Of a stretch of 64,000 nt of DNA, positions 37,599 to 45,353 are shown one piece after another. The notes below the pieces were generated by a model. The model worked only from the letters and a program-made list of their open reading frames with translations, did not search any database and was not told where the DNA came from. This stretch comes from Bacteroidota bacterium (GTDB taxonomy: Bacteria > Bacteroidota > Bacteroidia > NORP154). Positions within the stretch are counted from its first letter, which is position 1. The number at the start of each line of letters is the position of its first letter. Position numbers and translations under genes: made by a program. The stretch lies in NCBI GenBank assembly GCA_043811005.1, contig JBDRNO010000218.1, positions 6,925 through 70,924 of the forward strand. The letters run 5' to 3'.

Positions 37599-37619
37599 AT
37601 GTATTAATGAATTAATTAA

Positions 37620-39299
37620 TTATCTTTTTCCAGGTTTTATTTCTTGGGTGATTATATAACCAAAATTTTCAATATCGAAATCAACTCTATCTTTAAATGG
37701 AAGATAATATTCCTGAAATACTCCAGTAGGATTTAATGAGATTAAACTATCATTAACACTTATTTTTACTTTCATTTTGAAATTATCCGGTACTTCTTTA
37801 GCCCACCTGTAATGCAATGTTCCTGCTTCATTATTTTCCGGATCAAACCAATACTCTAATACCGGAGGATTTATTTCTTTTAAGTAAAGGTCAAAATAAG
37901 GACTAAAATCTCTCCCGCTCTTTTCATTGAAAAAAGCAATAAATTCATCGGCAGTAATATTGCTTTTTGCGAATTCAATTTGAGCCGCCTTCAATATTTT
38001 AAAAAATAAATCATCATTTTCTAATTGCCTTCTTAAAGTATGCAATAAAGCAGCTCCTTTACTGTAAATGTCAAGATCTTTGTAATTTACCCAGCTATTG
38101 TATCTGACACCACATGGCTTTAATACTGCTCTCTTATTTACTGTGCCATAAGTAAAAGACCTTACTAACTGGTTGTAATCTTCTTCGCCATACATCCTTT
38201 CAACTATCAACGCATCTAAATATTCTGCAAATCCTTCATGTAGCCACATATCGCAGTAATCAAAAGCGGTTAAATTATTACCCCACCACTCATGTCCTAA
38301 TTCATGTGCAAGGATAATGTCAATATCTCTCCAATTATTTTGATATTCACTTCCCATCGCTATAGCCGATTGGTGCTCCATAGCTGAAAAAGTAGATTCA
38401 ACAAATTTACATCCATCGTTCCACCAGGGATAGACGCCAAATAATTCTTCCAAATGGTTCATGATCAACGGTGTTTGATCATAATACTTATTAGCTTTGA
38501 ATTTATTGTAACTTAAAGCATATACCTGAATTTGCCTTTGGACACCTTCAATATCCACGTAATCCTTTTCAATCTTCACGAAATCACCCACATTAAAAGA
38601 AATATTGTAAACATTAATTGGATTTTTTACTGACCAGTGATATACTTTCTCGTTTTTATTTATACTTACACTATCTAATTTCCCATTTGCCACACCAACT
38701 AAGTCGTTTGGAACGCCAACATGAATAGAACAGCTATCAGGTTCATCATATAATAAGTCTTTACAGGGCATCATAAAATGAGGTCCAACTGCCTCAGTTT
38801 GAGAAGAGATCCAGGGCTTGTCATTTTCATCCCTCTTCCATTGTATCGGGCCTTCCTTTAACAGATTTACCGGCTTGCCTTGATACGAAATTTCAACCTC
38901 TATCAATTCGTTTAATTTTAAATCCTGATTGAATATCAGGAACAAAACATCTTTCTTCCGCTTCCATTTTTTTAAAGGATAACTGCTTTTAATATGATTG
39001 ATCTTCAAATGTCTCTGTAAGTCTAACATAATACTATCTTGTCTTTCAACCACTTTAAATTGTAATTTCATTACAGCATTTATTGATTTCTCTACTGGAT
39101 TTACACTTACATACCAATCATAATAGGTTATATCATAACATGACCTATAAGCATTAACCGAACCTTTGAATTCATCCCACTTTGAAAACCGGGGAAAGTG
39201 TGTCTTGGCAGAAGGTAAAAAATATTTAGTGAATGGAATATAATGACAAGATTGGAATATAATAAAGCAAAGAATATAGATATAAAATTTCTTCTTCAT
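37620..39299 (-). CDS. M1-family zinc aminopeptidase
   Basis: 559 aa; HELGHEWWGN (HExxH) and WLHEGFAEY downstream Glu motif; N-terminal signal/lipoprotein-like sequence. Confidence 0.85.
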   Translation of the reverse strand: MKKKFYIYILCFIIFQSCHYIPFTKYFLPSAKTHFPRFSKWDEFKGSVNAYRSCYDITYYDWYVSVNPVEKSINAVMKLQFKVVERQDSIMLDLQRHLKINHIKSSYPLKKWKRKKDVLFLIFNQDLKLNELIEVEISYQGKPVNLLKEGPIQWKRDENDKPWISSQTEAVGPHFMMPCKDLLYDEPDSCSIHVGVPNDLVGVANGKLDSVSINKNEKVYHWSVKNPINVYNISFNVGDFVKIEKDYVDIEGVQRQIQVYALSYNKFKANKYYDQTPLIMNHLEELFGVYPWWNDGCKFVESTFSAMEHQSAIAMGSEYQNNWRDIDIILAHELGHEWWGNNLTAFDYCDMWLHEGFAEYLDALIVERMYGEEDYNQLVRSFTYGTVNKRAVLKPCGVRYNSWVNYKDLDIYSKGAALLHTLRRQLENDDLFFKILKAAQIEFAKSNITADEFIAFFNEKSGRDFSPYFDLYLKEINPPVLEYWFDPENNEAGTLHYRWAKEVPDNFKMKVKISVNDSLISLNPTGVFQEYYLPFKDRVDFDIENFGYIITQEIKPGKR

Positions 39300-39397
39300 G
39301 AATCCATTCTTTTGGCTTTAATTGCTTGCAATGTCTCTGAATAAATAGCGTTTTAATGCTGTTTTAAACAAATCAAAAATAAATTACTTTTCCTTAA

Positions 39398-39472
39398 ACT
39401 CTTCCAGGTCGGCGACTCTGGAAGGTTTAATAAAAAAAACGACCTTCCAGAGTCCGAAGGACCTGGAAGAGT
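39398..39472. repeat. Nested perfect inverted repeat (CTTCCAG words)
   Basis: A actcttccaggtc / B gactctggaaggt / loop / B' accttccagagtc / A' gacctggaagagt. Both 13-bp pairs are perfect complements. Confidence 0.8.
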
Positions 39473-39517
39473 CGAAAACTCCTATATTAAAAATCTGTGT
39501 AACCGTTGATAATCTCT

Positions 39518-40432
39518 TTAATCTGTGTTCAACAAATACTGACTGAAAAGGTTATAATAAAAATGTTTTGGTGTATCATTGAACAGGTAGCTATACTCAA
39601 AACTGTCGCTCCTTTCCCCTAAGCTAATATTCCTGATATACTTGTAAAGCAATGAATAATGATCGGAATTTTTTTCTATTTCCCCAATCAATACTAATTC
39701 CTGGTTTTCGGGATTTAATTGAAGCTGTTCGCAAACAAATAGAATGTAATAAACAAAGTCCTCTTTTGTCTGATAGTCAAATGAATTAAAGAGTATCAGG
39801 TTTTTGCCATCTAATACCACAACATCAAAGTGAGAATCACGGAAATGAATGATCAGCTTTTTATCATTGTGGTTTTTATATTGGATCAACAGCCCTTCAA
39901 TCAGTGAACTTGAATGATGGAATATACTAACACCAGGAAATGCATTTTTTAATGTACTATCAACGCATTGTGGCAGAATGTACAGGTTTAGTGAGTCCAG
40001 ATTACTCAATTTATCAGCAGCAACTTTTTCATCCTTATCAATGGAATGATTAAAGCCCAGGTAATCTTCCTCGTTAGATTTTTCAAATAATGGAGTTGGG
40101 ATTAATGTTGATCTGTTATGTACTATTAATGCACTTGCCGATTTATATCTCATTTGCAGCAAGTCATTTTTTTGGATCAATTTGTCGAGTATAACGCATA
40201 GAGAAACGGAATTTTGAATCCTTTCAAAATGCCAGGACTCCAAGCCAATATATTTATTGCGTTTGGTATTGAGTATACAAAAAGAAAATCCCTCCAAACC
40301 GAGTTGAAGGGACAGATGATATTGTGATAACAAATTTTTATCAAATGATTCGTCAATAAGACTTATGGCTGGGTGCTGGGTGCTTGTTACTGGGTGCTTG
40401 TTACTGGGTGCTTGGTGCTGGTTAATAGTCAC
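39518..40432 (-). CDS. DUF3822-family protein (start uncertain)
   Basis: YHLSLQLGLEGFSFCIL... pattern, and the conserved flavobacterial neighbourhood with rsmD/coaD. The only in-frame start is a GTG inside the heptamer array, so the first ~22 codons are repeat-encoded. Confidence 0.55.
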   Translation of the reverse strand: MTINQHQAPSNKHPVTSTQHPAISLIDESFDKNLLSQYHLSLQLGLEGFSFCILNTKRNKYIGLESWHFERIQNSVSLCVILDKLIQKNDLLQMRYKSASALIVHNRSTLIPTPLFEKSNEEDYLGFNHSIDKDEKVAADKLSNLDSLNLYILPQCVDSTLKNAFPGVSIFHHSSSLIEGLLIQYKNHNDKKLIIHFRDSHFDVVVLDGKNLILFNSFDYQTKEDFVYYILFVCEQLQLNPENQELVLIGEIEKNSDHYSLLYKYIRNISLGERSDSFEYSYLFNDTPKHFYYNLFSQYLLNTD

Positions 40433-40556
40433 TGTTTGCTGGTTACTGGTTGCTGTTTGCTGGTTACTGGTTGCTGGATGCTGGTCACTGGTTGCTGGAT
40501 GCTGGTTGCTGGTTGCTGGTTACTGGTTGCTGGATGCTGGTCACTGGTTGCTGGTT
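40368..40556. repeat. Tandem heptanucleotide array, 27 units of RCTGGTT in unbroken 7-nt phase
   Basis: Hand-sliced units: gctgggt gctgggt gcttgtt actgggt ... actggtt gctggtt. The 28-bp blocks 40466-40493 and 40522-40549 are identical. Confidence 0.9.
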
Positions 40557-40597
40557 TAACCTGTGAAATTTGAGTTGCGAAGCGAATATTTCACTAG

Positions 40598-40880
40598 GAT
40601 TACTTGATATTGGATATTAGATGTTTGATATTCTTATAACACCGATTACACCGATTTTAATGATTACACAGATTTGTCATTGTCAATTGCCTACTGCTTA
40701 CTGGTTGCATGGTTGTTTGATAGTTTTTATTGCTTACTGCTTATTGTATCCGAACAATCCCCGCTTCTCCGTTTCGCCCACTCTCCGATTCCAAATTTCA
40801 ATAATTGCCAACTGCCTACTGTCAACTGCATACTTATCGCTGGGCACCAGTCAATTAATGTAATTTTTTACCAATAATCT
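40598..40880. repeat. Consecutive blocks of different short-word tandem repeats
   Basis: NGATNTT x5 (40598-40632); caccgatta-type 9-mers (40641-40675); TGYMWAC heptamers (40674-40708 and 40803-40835). No credible ORF. Confidence 0.75.
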
Positions 40881-40903
40881 TTAATCAACAATCTGTAATC
40901 AAT

Positions 40904-41515
40904 TTATTCTCCCCAGTTACCACTTGTTGAGGGTTCTTCCATGGATCCTACCTTTAATCCATCGTTCAGGTCAATATCTTCGTTTTTCATGTCTAAACCC
41001 TGGTAAATAACTCCATAACTTGCAAAAACTTCAAACACCTTAACTCTTACCTTTCCTTTTTCTACTTCTCCTGCCCGAATCCTGAATTTCTCACCCCTTC
41101 CAAATGGTATACGGGGCAACGAGTCAATATGGAACGAAGCCAAATGATCTTGCAGGTAATTTGAGGAAAAAATGGAATCTTTAACATTAATATATGATGT
41201 GTCTCTTGTCACAATGCCCATTTGAACTGCTTCTTCTTCACTTAATGTATCAGGCACGGTACCTACTGCCATAATTAGAGGAAAAGAATCATTCTTAACA
41301 AAATAAAGGAGAGAATCAAAATTGTCTGCATAAAAGTCATTTACCATTTTAAAAGCGATTTGAGCGGTTCTGATATCTTTTAACCGTTCGATAACAAAAT
41401 CCCGTCTGTGCATTGTTTCCTTTTCAAATTTGATTTTACTGGCTATACTGTCATAAACGAAATATAATAAAACGATTATTATTAGCCACAATACGATTTT
41501 GAGGATTGGTTTCAT
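40904..41515 (-). CDS. Hypothetical N-terminally membrane-anchored protein
   Basis: 203 aa; one N-terminal TM helix (ILKIVLWLIIIVLLYFVY); no motif recognised. Confidence 0.4.
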   Translation of the reverse strand: MKPILKIVLWLIIIVLLYFVYDSIASKIKFEKETMHRRDFVIERLKDIRTAQIAFKMVNDFYADNFDSLLYFVKNDSFPLIMAVGTVPDTLSEEEAVQMGIVTRDTSYINVKDSIFSSNYLQDHLASFHIDSLPRIPFGRGEKFRIRAGEVEKGKVRVKVFEVFASYGVIYQGLDMKNEDIDLNDGLKVGSMEEPSTSGNWGE

Positions 41516-41685
41516 GTTTTTTTGTATTTTTATTAAGATTGCAAAATTATAAGTTTTTTTGATTCATCAACAAATTTTGAGTAATATCTTAAACGTATCA
41601 GAATTTACTCACTATATTGTTTATTTTTAAGAGTACAACAATTTTACAATTTTGTAGTTATTATTCCTAACGCAGCAAAAGAATA

Positions 41686-42822
41686 ATGAATAAATTAAAA
41701 AATATAAATTTTTTACACCGTTATTCAACAGGGTTAATACTTTTTACCCCGTCATTAGACAGGGCTTTGCTTTTCTGCTTTCTACTTTTTACTTTATCCC
41801 AAGAACCCGGGATCGCCCAGATAGGAGGTAATAACACTTATGGATTTCTAAACCTGGTGACATCTGCAAGGGTCTCGGCTTTGGGGGGAAACGCAATATC
41901 AATAAAAGACGGGGATTTGAACCTCGCCTGGCACAATCCATCCTTACTGGATAGCAATATGCACAATCATCTTGCATTGAATTTTGTAGATTATTTCTCT
42001 GATATTAATTACGGCTCTGTAATTTATTCCAAAACTTATGAGAAGTATGGGAGTTTTAGTGCCGGTGCTCATTATATTCATTATGGAACATTCATTGAAG
42101 CAGATGAAACGGGCAGGATCATTAAAGAATTCACAGCAGATGATTATGCTTTAATTATCGGATGGGGGAAAAATGTAGTCCCTAAGAACTACTCTGGAAA
42201 TTCAGTATTTTCAATCGGAGCAAATCTGAAGATGATATTTTCCATGCTTGAACAATACACTTCTTTTGGAGCAGCCCTTGATTTGTCAGGCACCTATCAT
42301 AATGCCGGCAGAGGACTTACTGTAACAACAGTTGTTAAAAATGCAGGAATACAATTGAAAGGATACAATAAAAAAAACAGGGAACCATTACCTTTTGAAA
42401 TTCAACTGGGTATTTCAAAAAAACTTAAACATGCACCATTCCGGCTATTAGTCGTTGCCCAACACCTTGAAAAATGGGACATGACATATAAATACCCAAA
42501 TAGCTCTGTTCCCGATATTGATCCCATAACCAATGAAGAGATCAAAGAAGAGAAAAGGACCGGGGATAAGCTTATGCGTCACTTTATCATTGGAGGAGAA
42601 TTCCTTATCACTAAAAACTTTCACCTCCGGGCTGGCTATAATTACCAGCGCAGAAAAGAGCTACAGGTCTCAACAAGAACTGCATTAACAGGATTTTCAG
42701 GGGGATTTAGCTTTAAGGTTTATAAATTCAATATTGGCTATGCAAGAGCATCATATCACCTGGTTGGTGGTCCTAATTACTTTACTATTACTACAAATTT
42801 ATCGGAGTTTTATACGAAATGA
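41686..42822 (+). CDS. porQ: Type IX secretion system outer-membrane protein, PorQ-like
   Basis: 378 aa beta-barrel-like protein. N-terminal GGNNTYGFLNLVTSARVSALGGNAISIKDGDLNLAWHNPSLL matches my recollection of the PorQ family. Overlaps the cmk start by 4 nt. Confidence 0.6.
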   Translation: MNKLKNINFLHRYSTGLILFTPSLDRALLFCFLLFTLSQEPGIAQIGGNNTYGFLNLVTSARVSALGGNAISIKDGDLNLAWHNPSLLDSNMHNHLALNFVDYFSDINYGSVIYSKTYEKYGSFSAGAHYIHYGTFIEADETGRIIKEFTADDYALIIGWGKNVVPKNYSGNSVFSIGANLKMIFSMLEQYTSFGAALDLSGTYHNAGRGLTVTTVVKNAGIQLKGYNKKNREPLPFEIQLGISKKLKHAPFRLLVVAQHLEKWDMTYKYPNSSVPDIDPITNEEIKEEKRTGDKLMRHFIIGGEFLITKNFHLRAGYNYQRRKELQVSTRTALTGFSGGFSFKVYKFNIGYARASYHLVGGPNYFTITTNLSEFYTK

Positions 42823-43505
42823 AAAAAATTACAATCGCGATAGACGGTCACTCATCCTGTGGAAAAAGCACTCTTGCCAAGGATATGGCAAATCGGCTTG
42901 GCTATGCTTATATTGATACGGGAGCAATGTACCGGGCTTTTACGCTATATTGTTTGAGGAATAAGATCATTGCTGATGAAAATATTAATATTAACAAAAT
43001 CGATGAAGCTCTCAAAAACATAAACATCTTTTTTAGACACAATCCTGATACAAATATTTCCGAGACTTACCTGAATGGGGAAAATATTGAAAACGCGATC
43101 CGGCAAATGCCGGTATCGGAAATTGTTTCTAAAATAAGTGAGATTAAAGAAGTACGGCAAAAAATGGTAAGCATTCAGCAGGAAATGGGTAAAAAAAAAG
43201 GAGTTGTTATGGAAGGAAGGGATATTGGCACGGTTGTGTTTCCCAATGCTGAGATGAAATTTTTCATGACCGCTGATATTGATGTTCGCGCTAAAAGAAG
43301 ATATGAGGAGCTAATAGCTAAAGGTTTGGATGTAACCTTTAATCAAGTGAAAAAAAATCTCCAAAAAAGGGATGAGAAAGATTCACACAGGGAAGAAAGC
43401 CCATTAGTTCAGGCAAAGGATGCTATTGTCTTAGACAGCACCAACATTAATCAGCAGCAGCAATTGGAATTTGCTTTGAAGTTGGTTGATTCGTTGATCG
43501 GTTGA
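42819..43505 (+). CDS. cmk: Cytidylate kinase
   Basis: 228 aa; IAIDGHSSCGKSTLAKDMA..GYAYIDTGAMYRA, GRDIGTVVFP. Confidence 0.9.
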   Translation: MKKITIAIDGHSSCGKSTLAKDMANRLGYAYIDTGAMYRAFTLYCLRNKIIADENININKIDEALKNINIFFRHNPDTNISETYLNGENIENAIRQMPVSEIVSKISEIKEVRQKMVSIQQEMGKKKGVVMEGRDIGTVVFPNAEMKFFMTADIDVRAKRRYEELIAKGLDVTFNQVKKNLQKRDEKDSHREESPLVQAKDAIVLDSTNINQQQQLEFALKLVDSLIG

Positions 43506-43531
43506 TTGCTTTACGTTAATATTAGTTTTAT

Positions 43532-44835
43532 TCAAAAGCATGAACTTTTTTCTTTTTCCTTATTTTTAATTTCCCAAAAATACCAATCCCTCAATCCCCA
43601 TAATCCTTTAATCCCCCAATCCCCCAAAACATCATCAACACTTTTTGCATCTTCAAAAAAAGAGAGAATTTGCTGCAATACTTCATCAACGGTTGCATCG
43701 GGGCAGGATGCTCCGCTGGTGAGGATAATATCAACGTGTTGCTTTTTAGGCAGAAAATCCTTTGTTTCCTTCATCTTATCGTTGCGATGATCATAATGCC
43801 GTATCAGATTTCCCGAAAGGATCTCTTTAGCAGATGAAATATAGTATGTTTTTCCGGTGTACCGTGATTCGCATAATTCAACAAGATGTGATGTGTTAGA
43901 ACTGTTGTATCCCCCAACCACAATTGCCATATCTACTTGCAGCTTTAATAAACCGCGGGTGGCTTCCTGGCTATCATTGGTTGCATAGCAGAGGGTATCC
44001 CTTGTGTCGGCAAAATGGCTTTTCATATCCTTCATGCCATATTTCCCGATCATAGTGCTTTTTAGAAAGGTTGCTATCTCTTTAGTCTCAGTAGCGAGCA
44101 TTGTTGTTTGATTAACCACACCTATCCTTTTAAAGTCCTTTGATGCATCAAACCCATCTGAGAACCTACCTTAAAAAGGGTGTGAAATTCATTAACATCT
44201 GTTTTACCTGAGATTATTCCTGCTAATTCCTTTGCTTCATCCAAATTTTTTATAATTAATGACGGAGCATTTATAGTGCTGTGCGAAAAGGTTGCCTTGG
44301 TTTCTTCATGGTTGTGCTTGCCGTGAATTATTATGGTATAATTGTCTTTCCCGAGCTTTTCAGACCTGTTCCACACCTTTTCTACAAAAGGACAGGTTGT
44401 GTCGTACTTACGCGTGTTTATTCCAATATCTTTGAGCTTTTTTTCTGTTTCCGGCGTTGTTCCGAAGGCGGGAATTATCACTATATCACCGGGTTTAAGC
44501 TCATCCCATTCAACAAACTGATTGCCTTCTGTATCCATAATAAATTTGATCCCCCTTTGTTGCAGGTCACTGTTAACATCGGGATTGTGTATCATCTGGC
44601 TTAGGAGGAATATTCTTTTGCCTGGATTCTCTTCAAGCGCCTGGTATGATATCTCAATTGCATTCTCTACACCGAAGCAGAAACCGAAGTGACGCGCTAT
44701 AAAAAACCTCACCACACCAAAATCCATTACAGTAGGAGAAAAATCCTTTTTCCTCGGATCCTGCTGCCTTCGCATTTCCTTTATTCTTGAAATTACAGAA
44801 CTTCTATAAAATACAGGGATTTTGAATGCTTTCAT
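43532..44835 (-). pseudogene. ispH: Long-form 4-hydroxy-3-methylbut-2-enyl diphosphate reductase, split by a 1-nt frameshift
   Basis: ORF 44122..44835 (..FGFCFGVENAI.., TTCPFV, HGKHNHEE) and ORF 43532..44119 (VVNQTTM.., DTLCYAT, VVGGYNSSNTSHL) are the two halves. Extending the second frame upstream gives GRFSDGFDASKDFKRIGVVNQTTM up to a TAA at 44171-73. The frames meet at the run cctacc-tt-aaaaa-ggg (44165-44180). Confidence 0.8.
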
Positions 44836-44840
44836 ATTAA

Positions 44841-44938
44841 CTGGTTGCTGGATACTAGATGCTGGATATTAGATATTTGTTATTGTCATTGTTAATTGTC
44901 TACTGTCAACTGCCTGCTTTCAACTGGATTCTGGTTAA
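44841..44938. repeat. 14 heptamers in one continuous phase whose word drifts CTGGTTG > CTGGATA > TTAGATA > TTGTCAT > TGTCAAC > TGCCTGC > TGGTTAA
   Basis: Hand-sliced from 44841. Lies immediately upstream of the ispH start (44835, minus strand). Confidence 0.8.
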
Positions 44939-45110
44939 GTTGAAATATCAAACAGGACAAAGTTAATTATAAATTCGTCATATTATTTCAAACCGGTTGG
45001 TGTAAATCTCATAGGAAGTTCTTTTATGTTGAATAAGACTTTTTACGCTTCAATTTTCATTAGCTGGACAAACTGTTTCGGTTTACGTTGGGAATAATCC
45101 AGGTTAATAT

Positions 45111-45166
45111 CATCCATCTCCCATCAACCATCTCACATCTCACATCAAATATATTCCATCGAATAT
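45111..45166. repeat. 8 heptamers, most ending in CAT
   Basis: catccat ctcccat caaccat ctcacat ctcacat caaatat attccat cgaatat. Confidence 0.75.
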
Positions 45167-45353
45167 TCCATCATAAATTTTTCCTTTCCACAATAAAATT
45201 ATATCTTTACACCCGCTTTTTGAAAAAGCATGAGACAAAAAACTGTTTTCGCCCATTTCCCTGTCCTTTATGAAACAGGGAATATGCAGTTAATGTTAAA
45301 CCCCTTCTGTAACTGGCGATATTGCAGGATACAAAATTTACCATGTAATATAT

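Noticed and set aside
40368-40556. Possible CRISPR array
   Set aside because: Units are 7 nt and contiguous with no spacers. No cas genes in the window.
40365-40877. Track ORFs 40365..40559, 40373..40573, 40621..40863 and 40674..40877 (Leu/Val/Ala/Gly/Cys/Trp-rich peptides)
   Set aside because: They are simply translations of the heptamer and word repeats in different frames. They have no start context and no protein-like composition.
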